Below, in pieces: positions 1 through 8,911 of a stretch of DNA of 24,000 nt. The stretch is from Waterburya sp. (GTDB lineage Bacteria > Cyanobacteriota > Cyanobacteriia > Cyanobacteriales > Xenococcaceae). The notes beneath the pieces were generated by a model that saw nothing but the letters and a program-made list of their open reading frames with translations, searched no databases and was not told the origin of the DNA. The translations under genes were made by a program, and so were the position numbers. Location of the stretch: NCBI GenBank assembly GCA_965218645.1, contig OZ244627.1, positions 3,563,771 through 3,587,770 on the forward strand, in the 5' to 3' direction. Every line of letters starts with the position of its first letter. Position 1 is the first letter of the stretch.

Positions 1-195
1 GGAATCTGGTTGGGGATAAATTTTAATTGGGCGATCGCTACTGGGAGCAGTTAAAGTAGCAGCTTGATTGAGTTCTTGATTATTTTGATAATTACCATAA
101 GTATTAGCAGCTAAAGCAGTGGAGACACCACCTAAGAAAAAAGCGATCGTCGTAACTAAAATTAAAAGCTGGTGGCGCACTCGGTTCAAATTCAT
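1..195 (-). CDS. Hypothetical exported protein; only the N-terminal 65 codons are in the window (gene runs off the left edge)
   Basis: A reverse-strand ATG (complement of 193-195) opens a frame that stays open to position 1: MNLNRVRHQLLILVTTIAFFLGGVSTALAANTYGNYQNNQELNQ... It has a basic n-region, a hydrophobic core and an ALA|A signal-peptidase-like site. It is absent from the ORF track because it is truncated by the window. Confidence 0.45.
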   Translation of the reverse strand, partial: MNLNRVRHQLLILVTTIAFFLGGVSTALAANTYGNYQNNQELNQAATLTAPSSDRPIKIYPQPDS

Positions 196-303
196 CTTAA
201 AACTCCAAAATAAATTAATAAGTAAATCGAAACTATTTAGACAAACTAATTATCACAAATCATTCAAAATCGATATTTGAGCAAGTCTTTAAAACAATTG
301 GTT

Positions 304-1734
304 TTATCCAAAACGCAACGTCATAAAGACAAATCTAATTACAAAAATAACTGCCAAAATCCAGGTTACTAAAGGTACTTCTTTAGCTTGACCCTTAAAA
401 GTTTTCAGCACGGGATAGCTAATCAAACCAGCAGATAACCCTGCTGCGATCGAAAATCCCATCGGAATAAAGAAAATAGTCAAAAAAGCAGGTATTGCTT
501 CGGTCAAATCGTCCCATTTAATATTAACAATGCTCATCATCATCAACACCCCAACAATAGTTAATGCTGGTGCAGTGGCAAAGGCGGGAATTGCTTCAAA
601 AATCGGGGTAAAAATTAAAGAGATAAAAAATAAGGCAGCGACAATTACTGAGGTAAATCCCGTTCTTCCTCCTTCGGCTACCCCTGAAGCAGATTCAACA
701 AAGGTGGTAACACTAGATGTACCCATAATCGCTCCTGCCGTAGTTGCGATCGCATCGGCAGAAAGAGCTTTATTGGCTCTAGGTAATTCGCCGTTTTCAT
801 CAATGTAACCTGCTTGGGTACCCACTCCCGCTAGAGTACCAATCGTATCAAACATATCCACAAACAAAAATACTAGCAGTACGGCAATAAAATCGATGAA
901 ATTACTCCCATTAAGCCCACCCAAACCAACGAAGGCTGCGCCAAAAAGCTCTTTGGGAAAAACAGGAATCGCAGCAATTCCTTTGGGTGCAGCAGCTATG
1001 CCAAAAACCCAACCTAAAATGGCTGTGCCTAAAATACCCCAAAGTAACGCTCCTTTGATGCGTCGAATCATGAAGAATGCCGTCAGAAAAATACCGAATA
1101 CAGCCATGAGCGTTTGGGGTTGGCGAAAACTTCCAAAGGCAGTTTTGGTTACTTCATTGGCAACTACTAACCCCGCACCACCTGTTTCTGTCGCACCACC
1201 CAAACCAATATAAGCAAGAAACAAACCAATTCCAACAGTAGTAGCTACTTTAATTGTATTGGGAACGGCGGTAATTAGATGTCGGCGAATATCGGTAACT
1301 GTCAAGCCAATAAACACCAATCCCTCGACAAAGACACAGGCTAGAGCTAATCGCCAATCAATGTTTAGTCCTAATACTACAGAGTAGGCAAAAAAGGCAT
1401 TGATTCCCATACCAGGGGCAAGAGCAAAAGGGTATTTAGCCAATAACGCCATAATCAGCGTACCAATACCTGACGAAACTGCTGTGGCAACAACTAGTTC
1501 GGTAAATAAATCTTTGGGTTCGCTAAGGAAAATGGCATCGGATAAAATTAACGGATTGACTACCAGAATATATGCCATCGTCATAAAGGTAGTAATTCCA
1601 GCCAAAATCTCAGTGCGGAAATTAGTCCCATAACCATCAAACTGAAAATAATTAGCGATCGCACCTTGCCATCCGCTCCTGTCAGGCGTGGCTCTTACGT
1701 CCTTTCTCTCCAACACATCTTTTTCAATACTCAT
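304..1734 (-). CDS. NCS2-family nucleobase permease (AzgA/PbuG-like adenine/guanine/hypoxanthine permease)
   Basis: 476-aa polytopic membrane protein. The N-terminal FQFDGYGTNFRTEILAGITTFMTMAYILVVNPLIL block and the glycine-rich TM segments are typical of the xanthine/uracil/vitamin C permease superfamily, AzgA subgroup. Confidence 0.88.
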   Translation of the reverse strand: MSIEKDVLERKDVRATPDRSGWQGAIANYFQFDGYGTNFRTEILAGITTFMTMAYILVVNPLILSDAIFLSEPKDLFTELVVATAVSSGIGTLIMALLAKYPFALAPGMGINAFFAYSVVLGLNIDWRLALACVFVEGLVFIGLTVTDIRRHLITAVPNTIKVATTVGIGLFLAYIGLGGATETGGAGLVVANEVTKTAFGSFRQPQTLMAVFGIFLTAFFMIRRIKGALLWGILGTAILGWVFGIAAAPKGIAAIPVFPKELFGAAFVGLGGLNGSNFIDFIAVLLVFLFVDMFDTIGTLAGVGTQAGYIDENGELPRANKALSADAIATTAGAIMGTSSVTTFVESASGVAEGGRTGFTSVIVAALFFISLIFTPIFEAIPAFATAPALTIVGVLMMMSIVNIKWDDLTEAIPAFLTIFFIPMGFSIAAGLSAGLISYPVLKTFKGQAKEVPLVTWILAVIFVIRFVFMTLRFG

Positions 1735-1875
1735 CTTTTCATTTTTATTTCAGCATCGTTTTTTGTATACGGTATACTTTACAGCTCTGTTTAAAATATT
1801 TTGTAATTTTAAATACGTTTTTTCTGAAAAAAATCTATACAGTATCGAGTAGTGATGCTTACCAATTAATGAGCA

Positions 1876-2886
1876 ATGACCTTAGAAAACAATTCACCAA
1901 ATAATTGGGCGCGATCGCCTATAGTTTTAATTGCACCCTTCTTTTTTCTCGGCACGGCAATGGTAGCAATGAAAGCTATCATTAACGATACTACGCCTTT
2001 ATTTATGGCTGGGTTTCGTTTAGTTCCTGCTGGAATTATTATTTTGCTATTAGCAGCGTGGTGGAAATTACCCCAACCCAAAACCTGGCAAGCTTGGTCG
2101 TGGATAATATTGTTTGCTCTTATTGATGGAGCAATGTTTCAGGGTTTTCTAACAGAAGGATTAGTTAATACGGGGGCAGGCATCGGTGCAGTATTAATTG
2201 ATGCCCAACCTTTGGTAGTGGCAGTTCTCTCTAGATTTCTGTTCGCAGAATTAATTGGTTTATGGGGTTGGTTAGGTTTGACTTTAGGATTGATTGGGAT
2301 TTGTTGTTGTGGACTGCCAAATCAATGGATCACTAGCCTAGTTTCAGGAAATTTTAACTTTTTACAAAGTCAATTCACTTCTCTTAGCTGGCAAAGTGTA
2401 CTCCAAAGCGGTGAATTATTGATGCTTTTAGCTGCTCTTTCTATGTCTTTTGGCACAATTATGATTCGTTATGTACGTCAACACGTAGATGTAGTTGTGG
2501 CGACAGGCTGGCATATGCTCTTAGGGGGAATTCCTTTATTAATTGCCTCTGCATGGACTGAATCCAATCAATGGAGTAATTTAAATAGTACGGGTTGGTC
2601 AGCTTTGGCTTATGCGACTTTGTTCGGCACGGCATTAACTTACGGACTCTTCTTTTATTTAGCTTCTATCGGTAACCTTACTAGTGTCAGCGCACTTATA
2701 TTTCTGACACCCGTTTTTGCTATGTTGTTTAGTTACATATTTTTGTCAGAAACGCTCACTTTTATTCAATGGATAGGTGTTGTTTTGGCTTTAATCGGTG
2801 TGATGCTAGTTATTCAACGAGAAAAAATTACTGCCAAGCTAAACTCTCTAGTAGATGAGCCAGATAGCCTGACTAATCCAAATTAA
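1876..2886 (+). CDS. EamA/DMT-superfamily transporter (10-TM drug/metabolite exporter type)
   Basis: 336-aa protein with about 10 hydrophobic segments arranged as two EamA-like halves. It is transcribed divergently from the permease. Confidence 0.82.
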   Translation: MTLENNSPNNWARSPIVLIAPFFFLGTAMVAMKAIINDTTPLFMAGFRLVPAGIIILLLAAWWKLPQPKTWQAWSWIILFALIDGAMFQGFLTEGLVNTGAGIGAVLIDAQPLVVAVLSRFLFAELIGLWGWLGLTLGLIGICCCGLPNQWITSLVSGNFNFLQSQFTSLSWQSVLQSGELLMLLAALSMSFGTIMIRYVRQHVDVVVATGWHMLLGGIPLLIASAWTESNQWSNLNSTGWSALAYATLFGTALTYGLFFYLASIGNLTSVSALIFLTPVFAMLFSYIFLSETLTFIQWIGVVLALIGVMLVIQREKITAKLNSLVDEPDSLTNPN

Positions 2887-3016
2887 CTTATACAAAAACA
2901 GTTAACTTTATTTTGCCCTGCTTATTAAAACTCAATTGTATACTGTATACAGCTATACTTTTGTTCTCAGCCAATAATGATAATTTTGCCTATTATCAAC
3001 AGGTGTGAGAGTCAAA

Positions 3017-4879
3017 ATGAGTATTCCAAAAATAAAACAATGGCAGTTAGAATCTAGCAGTAGATTTAATTTAATCAACACTTCAATTCTATTATTCTTA
3101 CCTTTTGCTATATTATCGACCTCGGCACTTGAAGCTACAGCATCAGAAAAAGTGAATAGCTTCGACGACACTAGCGGGATGTCGGAGGTTAATAATGTTA
3201 GACAGTTAAAATCAAAAAAAGGTTTGGAAAGCCGTGATGATAATAGCGAAATGTCTCAGGTTACCAACGTTCAGCAGCTAAAAGATGTTTCGCCCACAGA
3301 TTGGGCTTATGAGGCATTACGTTCATTGGTAGATCGTTATGGTTGCATTGCTGGTTTTCCCAATCAAACTTATCGCGGTAGTCAACCCCTGTCTCGCTAC
3401 GAATTTGCTGCGGGTTTAAACTCCTGTCTCAGTCAAATCGAGCGATTAATTGCCTCGTCAGGAAGCGTTTCTCAATCTGATATAGATACTATCCAACGTT
3501 TAAACCAAGAATTTGCAGCAGAATTAGCAACCCTTGGTGGCAGAGTCGATGAATTGGAAAGTCGCACTGCTGTATTAGAAGATAGTCAGTTTTCAACGAC
3601 AGCCAAATTTACAGGTAATGTATTTCTGAACGCTACAGGTGCAACTGCTGGTGATGATGTTCTAGCTGAAACGGCAAGTCTTGATGGACCCTTTAGTCTT
3701 CGCAACGCAGGGCGGGATGCAAATAATAATCCTCTAATCAGCAACATTACCGAAGATCCAGAAATTACCTTTAGTTATTACACTTGGTTAAACTTTGATT
3801 CTTCATTTACAGGAGAAGATAACTTAACAGTTCAATTAGTTGCAGGTAACGGTAATTCTCCCGCTAACAATTATATTTCCGCAGGGCTTTACAACACTTT
3901 TGGCGTTCCATTTACCGACCAAACAGGTGCAGCGGGAGGTGCAAATTCCGTTGGGCTACGAGAATTATCATATGATTTTCCTGTTGGTGAAAAGTTTAGG
4001 GTTATAGTTGGACCTAGAATTAACTGGTATCGCTATTTTGACAACAACAACTATACCTTCTTCCTTACAGGCGCAAGTAGCTATAACTCTAGTGGTGGTA
4101 CTTTAGTAAATCCAATTGATCGCGGTTCGGGTGCAATAATAACTTATGATATTATTGATTCATTAAGCTTTAAAGTCGGTTATTTAGGAGAAAACACTGA
4201 GTTTTTACCCGCAGAGTTCTTTAATACTTCTTCTGATCCTAATAAAGGCTTATTTAGTGCTACTCAAAGCCTCACTGCCGAATTAGATTTGGCGATCGCC
4301 GAAAAAGCAAATATTCGCTTATTATATACCAGGGCTACTATAGATAATAATCAACCGATCCTGGATGCAAATGGCAATGTCACAGGCTTTGGTGTAGGTG
4401 GGTCAACAGGCGAACCCATCTATGGTGTGGCTGATGATGGTTTTGGCGGCACAATTGGAGATGCGCCTTCTGATACTTTTTTAGTTAACTTTGACTGGAC
4501 AATTTTTGATAAGCTGGGAGTATTTGGACGCTATGAATATGGCAGCACTAGCATTAGACCGACAAATCCCGCTTTAGACAATGGTAAAGTGAATGCTCAG
4601 TCTTTCCAGGCTGGATTAGCTTTCCCTGACTTGGGCAAAGAAGGTGCATTAGGAACTTTATCTTTTGTAGTTCCTTTTGACGTGCTTGATGGAGAAGAGT
4701 TTCTAGTATCTGGTTCGGGTGATGGAGGTACTCAATACGACTTTGAAGCTACCTATAATTTCCCTGTAAATGATAACATCTCTATTCTTCCTGCTTTTTA
4801 TCTAACAATTAACCCCAATAACTTTCAAGATAACCCCGATATTTATGTAGGTAATTTGCGGATGCAGTTTAAGCTATAG
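3017..4879 (+). CDS. Cyanobacterial outer-membrane porin with an N-terminal SLH domain, coiled-coil linker and OprB-type beta-barrel
   Basis: Signal peptide, then the SLH motif DVSPTDWAYEALRSLVDRYGCIAGFPNQTYRGSQPLSRYEFAAGLNSCL, a coiled-coil linker (ELATLGGRVDELESRTAVLE), and a Gly/aromatic-rich barrel ending in ...GNLRMQFKL. The ORF track starts at GTG 3005; the in-frame ATG at 3017 (MSIPKIK...) is the more likely start. Confidence 0.9.
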   Translation: MSIPKIKQWQLESSSRFNLINTSILLFLPFAILSTSALEATASEKVNSFDDTSGMSEVNNVRQLKSKKGLESRDDNSEMSQVTNVQQLKDVSPTDWAYEALRSLVDRYGCIAGFPNQTYRGSQPLSRYEFAAGLNSCLSQIERLIASSGSVSQSDIDTIQRLNQEFAAELATLGGRVDELESRTAVLEDSQFSTTAKFTGNVFLNATGATAGDDVLAETASLDGPFSLRNAGRDANNNPLISNITEDPEITFSYYTWLNFDSSFTGEDNLTVQLVAGNGNSPANNYISAGLYNTFGVPFTDQTGAAGGANSVGLRELSYDFPVGEKFRVIVGPRINWYRYFDNNNYTFFLTGASSYNSSGGTLVNPIDRGSGAIITYDIIDSLSFKVGYLGENTEFLPAEFFNTSSDPNKGLFSATQSLTAELDLAIAEKANIRLLYTRATIDNNQPILDANGNVTGFGVGGSTGEPIYGVADDGFGGTIGDAPSDTFLVNFDWTIFDKLGVFGRYEYGSTSIRPTNPALDNGKVNAQSFQAGLAFPDLGKEGALGTLSFVVPFDVLDGEEFLVSGSGDGGTQYDFEATYNFPVNDNISILPAFYLTINPNNFQDNPDIYVGNLRMQFKL

Positions 4880-4950
4880 TCATTACTGAGCAAAAATGAA
4901 AGAATTTAAAAAACGGACTAAACAAGTTAAGTAAATTCTTTCTTAGCTTA

Positions 4951-4979
4951 ATTCAAGCAATATGAATTATTGCTTGAAT
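4951..4979 (+). terminator. Perfect 12-bp stem hairpin downstream of the porin gene (candidate terminator)
   Basis: attcaagcaata (4951-4962) pairs perfectly with tattgcttgaat (4968-4979) around a 5-nt loop. The 3' tail (cttcggctttg) is only moderately T-rich. Confidence 0.4.
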
Positions 4980-5016
4980 CTTCGGCTTTGCTGCATGAAT
5001 TCCAAGAAAGAATGAT

Positions 5017-5740
5017 ATGAATCAGGTGACAAGAGTGTTTGAGGGGAAGAGAAGTTATTGGGGCAATAAAGTTTCTATTCCATCCTCTCTACTTCTCCAT
5101 CTCCATTACTTCACTTGTAGCTCGCCTTATTGGTAAGATATACAAAGAATTAGGCATTCTCAAAAAAGGACATTGTATCGAAACAGATCGTTCGTGAATG
5201 GTAGCAGAATATATCGGACATACTGCCCCCAAGGTGGATAAATTAATTGAATCAGCCTTAGATGGTGTTTTGTTTATTGATGAAGCCTATACTCTAAAAC
5301 CAGAAAACGCGGGTAAAAATTTTGGGCAAAAAGCGATTGATACTTTATTAAAAAGAATGGAAGATTATCGCGATCGCATTGTAGTTATTGTCGCAGGTTA
5401 TAATCAGGAAATGTCTCGTTTTATTGAATCTAACCCAGGATTGCAATCTAGATTTACGCGCTATTTCACTTTTGAAGATTATCAACCAAATGAATTATTA
5501 ACTATCTTTCAAAAAATATGCAATTCTCATCATTATAAATTAGACAAAGCAGCAGAAAAAGTATTACTAACAAAATTTACAAAGTTATTTGAGGAGAGAA
5601 ATAAAAATTTTGGCAATGGTAGATTGGTACGCAATCTTTTTGAGAGAACTATAGAAAAGCAAGCCACAAGGCTAACTAAACTTTCTGAACTTGATCGAGA
5701 AAATATTGCCACCATCATGATAGAAGATATTGCTGTATAG
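5017..5740 (+). pseudogene. Decayed AAA+ ATPase gene (CbbX/SpoVK-type) with the P-loop deleted, a frameshift and an in-frame stop
   Basis: The 180-aa ORF at 5198-5740 carries the Walker B and downstream AAA motifs ([35 protein letters not shown]). Upstream in the same frame, VARLIGKIYKELGILKKGHCIETDRS runs into TGA at 5195-5197, where family members read DRSGLVA. Further upstream, in another frame, ...SSLLLHLHYFT stops exactly where GNPGTGKT should follow. Confidence 0.7.
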
Positions 5741-5770
5741 CATTTCTCAGTTTACTAAAGTACATCTAAC

Positions 5771-5840
5771 TTCTGCCTAGCTGCGACGAACAAGCCTTGC
5801 TGCCTAGCTGCGGTGGGTACACCTTGCTGCCCTCTGCCTT
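5771..5840. repeat. About 2.5 degenerate copies of a 27-bp tandem repeat (GC-rich)
   Basis: ctgcctagctgcg occurs at 5773-5785 and 5800-5812. ccttgctgcc occurs at 5795-5804 and 5822-5831. Both pairs are spaced 27 bp apart. Confidence 0.6.
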
Positions 5841-5930
5841 AAAACGATTTACTTTGTACCTGACTAATTTGAGAACCGCTATATAGTCATGAGTAATCTT
5901 AAATATTATTGTTAACGCAAATAACAAATC

Positions 5931-5975
5931 GAAAAAACCTCCTGATCGGATTTAGTGATCCAGCGTCAAGAGGTT
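5931..5975 (-). terminator. Candidate rho-independent terminator of the hli gene
   Basis: On the minus strand there is an imperfect hairpin (aacctc...gaggtt outer stem 5936-5941/5970-5975, inner ggat/atcc) followed by a TTTTTT run (complement of 5932-5937). It lies 28 nt downstream of the hli stop. Confidence 0.5.
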
Positions 5976-6002
5976 AAGTAATATCCACCTTAGATTATAC
6001 AA

Positions 6003-6146
6003 TTACATTAGACCAAACTGAGCCAAAACTCCATGTCCAGTATTCATTTCTAGAATAATAGCTGCAACAAAACCAATCATCGCTAAACGACCATTCCAGA
6101 TTTCTGCATAATTGGTAAAGCCAAACTTGCCTTCTTTCTTTTGCAT
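6003..6146 (-). CDS. hli: High-light-inducible protein (HLIP/Scp, single-helix CAB-family protein), 47 aa
   Basis: My own translation of the reverse strand gives [47 protein letters not shown]. It contains the chlorophyll-binding CAB motif E-x-x-N-G-R-x-A-M-x-G-F. It is below the size cutoff of the ORF track. Confidence 0.82.
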   Translation of the reverse strand: MQKKEGKFGFTNYAEIWNGRLAMIGFVAAIILEMNTGHGVLAQFGLM

Positions 6147-6190
6147 AATTAATTACTCCATTAGTTGCAGAGAACTGCTTAGGTCAACTA

Positions 6191-6208
6191 TTCTTAACTA
6201 AGTGTAAC
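6191..6208 (-). promoter_or_regulatory. HLR1-like direct repeat (possible RpaB-type site) upstream of hli
   Basis: The minus strand reads GTTACACT-TA-GTTAAGAA, 45-62 nt upstream of the hli ATG. The HLR1 consensus is (G/T)TTACA(T/A)(T/A)-NN-(G/T)TTACA(T/A)(T/A). The first half-site is nearly perfect and the second has two core mismatches. Confidence 0.25.
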
Positions 6209-6410
6209 TTTTTTACATAAAGCGTTGCAATATACTTTAGATAATAAGATTGCTTTCACAAAAACTTTTAGCGTTCTAAGCAGAGATCGAAGAAATTAGA
6301 TTTCTTTGATCGTCTAAAACCGATCCTCTTACCCTGGAGTGAAGACAAAGCATACCGCTACAGGCTAATTTAATTATTAAGATTGGCAATATAAACAAGA
6401 TAGACCGAGC

Positions 6411-8816
6411 GTGATTACCACAGAAACTTTAGATTTATTAGAATGGCATCGCCTATGCCAAAACTTATCCACCTTTGCAGCGACGAAACTGGGGGTTGTG
6501 GCAGCGCGTCAGTTGAAATTGCCGAATACGCAAGCAGAAAGCGAAAGACTATTAGCCCAAACAAACGAGATGTATAGCTTAGAACAAGAGTTAGATTCTG
6601 GCTGGACTTTCAAAGGAATAAAAGATGTAGGTGCAGCCTTAGAAAGAGTTAGCATCGGCGGGGTACTATCGGCACAAGAGCTTTTAGATTTGGCTACTAC
6701 CTTGGCTGGGATGCGCTATCTACGTCGTTTAATTGACAGCAAAAGCGAATTACCTACCCTGACCAAATTAGTTGCCGATGTCCGCACCTATCCTGAAATT
6801 GAAAAAGACATTCATCACTGTATCGACGATCGCGCCGAAATAGCCGATCGCGCTAATCCCAAATTAGCAGAAATCCGCAGCGAAATTAAAAACCTGCGTA
6901 GTCGAATTTATAAAGTGCTTCAGGGCATTATGCAGCGTAACTCTACGGCAATACAAGAAGCCGTAATTACTCAAAGAGGCGATCGCTTTGTTTTACCAGT
7001 TAAGCCAGCCCAGAAAGAGACAATTAAGGGTATTGTTCATGATGTTTCTAGTACGGGTTCAACCTATTATATCGAGCCAAATGCAGTAGTAGAACTAGGT
7101 AATCAGTTACGGCAAAAGGAACGCCAGGAAAAGCGGGAAGAAGAAATAATCTTAAAAGCTCTATCAGAAAAGGTAGGGGAGGTGCAGTCAGATTTAGAGC
7201 AAGTTTTAGCTGTAGCCACCATGTTAGATCTAGCTACAGCTAGGGCGCGATATGGCTTATGGTTAGAAGCAAATCCTCCCAGGTTTATTGATACTGCAAA
7301 AAGCGAAACCACAACCTTACGTCGTCTGCGTCATCCTTTGTTAGTTTGGCAACAACGTCACGAGGAAGGAACAGAAGTAGTTCCCATTGATGTTTTAGTA
7401 AAACCCGAAACAAAAGTTGTGGCGATCACCGGACCAAACACGGGAGGTAAAACCGTTACCCTCAAGACAATGGGCTTGGCTGCGCTTATGGCAAAAGCAG
7501 GAATGTTTGTTCCCGCGCAAGTGCCTGTTGAGTTGCCTTGGTTTGATGTGATCTTAGCAGATATTGGCGATGAACAGTCTTTACAGCAAAGTTTATCGAC
7601 ATTTTCGGGGCATATACGCCGTATTAGTCGCATAATTGCAGCTTTAAAGGATAATGCTGCTGCCAACTCTCTAATCCTTTTAGACGAAGTTGGTGCAGGA
7701 ACAGATCCTGTCGAAGGAAGTGCTTTGGCGATCGCCCTTTTAAAATATTTAGCAGAACACGGCTTGTTAACTATTGCCACAACTCACTACGGGGAATTAA
7801 AAGCTCTTAAGTACGAAGATACTAGATTTGAAAATGCCTCGGTAGAGTTTGACGATAGTACTCTTCAGCCTACTTATCGCCTGCTGTGGGGGATTCCTGG
7901 GCGTTCCAATGCCCTGACTATTGCTCAACGTTTAGGCTTAAATAGTGAGATTATTGAACAAGCCCAATCTCTGGTGGGTACAGGTTCAGACGAAGATGTA
8001 AATCAGGTAATTGCAGCTTTAGAAGCACAAAGGCGAGAACAAGAAGCTAAAGCCCAAGAAGCAGGAAAGCTATTAGAACAAACCGAGCGTTTTTATGCCG
8101 AAGTATCAGAAAAGGCGGCTTCTCTTCAAGAAAGAGAACAGGCATTAAAAGTTTACCAGGAACAGACGGTACAAGATGCGATCGCTCAAGCCAAAAAAGA
8201 AGTGGCAAAAGTTATTCATCGGCTACAGCAGGGCGATCAAACCATGCAAAAAACCCAACAGGCGACAGAGGCTTTAGATAGAATTACAGCTAAAGAATTA
8301 GCGAAAACTCAAACACCAAAAGCCAAAAAGCCAGGTTACAAGCCAAAAGTAGGTGAAAAAATCAGAATTCCTCGCCTCAATCAAACAGCAGACGTACTCA
8401 GCTTTGATGAAGATACGGAACAGCTAGCGGTACGATTTGGCATTATGAAAATGAATGTCGGCTTGGCAGAGATTGAGTCTCTTGACGGACAAAAAGCCGA
8501 AGTCAAGCCTAAAACCCCAGCCACGAAAAAACCTCTGGCACAAACCCAGCCAAAAAAACCTGCGGTGCTGGTAAGAACTTCTAAGAATACCTTAGATATA
8601 CGTGGTCAACGGGTAGATAGTGCCGAAATTGAAATAGATAATGCGATCGCCCGTGCTATAGAATCAGGAGTACTCTGGATAATTCACGGCAAAGGTACAG
8701 GGCGTTTACGTCAAGGTGTGCATGAATTTCTTAAACGCCATTCTCAAGTAGATAAGTTTGAACTAGCCGAACAAAAAGAAGGTGGTTCTGGAGTGACTAT
8801 AGTACATCTTAAATAG
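6411..8816 (+). CDS. mutS2: Endonuclease MutS2 (MutS-family ATPase with a C-terminal Smr domain)
   Basis: 801 aa with a GTG start. It has Walker A GPNTGGKTVTLKT, a DEVGAGTDPVEGSALA box, THYGELK, a long Q/E/K-rich linker, and a C-terminal Smr domain (LDIRGQRVDSAEIEID...IHGKGTGRLRQGVHEFL). Confidence 0.95.
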   Translation: MITTETLDLLEWHRLCQNLSTFAATKLGVVAARQLKLPNTQAESERLLAQTNEMYSLEQELDSGWTFKGIKDVGAALERVSIGGVLSAQELLDLATTLAGMRYLRRLIDSKSELPTLTKLVADVRTYPEIEKDIHHCIDDRAEIADRANPKLAEIRSEIKNLRSRIYKVLQGIMQRNSTAIQEAVITQRGDRFVLPVKPAQKETIKGIVHDVSSTGSTYYIEPNAVVELGNQLRQKERQEKREEEIILKALSEKVGEVQSDLEQVLAVATMLDLATARARYGLWLEANPPRFIDTAKSETTTLRRLRHPLLVWQQRHEEGTEVVPIDVLVKPETKVVAITGPNTGGKTVTLKTMGLAALMAKAGMFVPAQVPVELPWFDVILADIGDEQSLQQSLSTFSGHIRRISRIIAALKDNAAANSLILLDEVGAGTDPVEGSALAIALLKYLAEHGLLTIATTHYGELKALKYEDTRFENASVEFDDSTLQPTYRLLWGIPGRSNALTIAQRLGLNSEIIEQAQSLVGTGSDEDVNQVIAALEAQRREQEAKAQEAGKLLEQTERFYAEVSEKAASLQEREQALKVYQEQTVQDAIAQAKKEVAKVIHRLQQGDQTMQKTQQATEALDRITAKELAKTQTPKAKKPGYKPKVGEKIRIPRLNQTADVLSFDEDTEQLAVRFGIMKMNVGLAEIESLDGQKAEVKPKTPATKKPLAQTQPKKPAVLVRTSKNTLDIRGQRVDSAEIEIDNAIARAIESGVLWIIHGKGTGRLRQGVHEFLKRHSQVDKFELAEQKEGGSGVTIVHLK

Positions 8817-8911
8817 AGTCAGGGAATTTTCGCAACCGACTATTTTGCTCTTGATTTATTAGTCAAGTTGATTTTATAATCATTTTGCGTCTGAATGAGA
8901 GTCGGTAATTA

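Noticed and set aside
530-1633. Three plus-strand ORFs (530-808, 896-1213, 1400-1633) inside the permease gene
   Set aside because: They are antisense shadow ORFs of a well-supported membrane-protein gene. Their products are low-complexity (Pro/Ala/Lys-rich) with no recognisable motifs.
1765-1777. Possible NtcA site in the permease/EamA intergenic region (GTATACGGTATAC)
   Set aside because: The spacing is GTA-N7-TAC, not the required N8. It is better described as a copy of the TGTATAC-N-GTATAC motif.
1866-3171. Minus-strand ORFs 1866-2081 and 2953-3171
   Set aside because: They are antisense to the EamA gene and to the porin 5' end and promoter. Their sequences are not protein-like, so they are likely chance ORFs in AT-rich DNA.
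5533-5718. Minus-strand ORF within the ATPase remnant
   Set aside because: It is an antisense shadow ORF with a Ser/Leu/Phe-rich low-complexity product.
6285-6311. 12-bp stem hairpin (gatcgaagaaat / atttctttgatc) upstream of mutS2
   Set aside because: It has no T-tract on either strand and no upstream gene to terminate. It may be an incidental inverted repeat or an unknown regulatory site, and the evidence is too thin to call.
7103-7780. Minus-strand ORFs 7103-7312 and 7358-7780 inside mutS2
   Set aside because: They are antisense to the strongly supported MutS2 ATPase domain and have no motifs.
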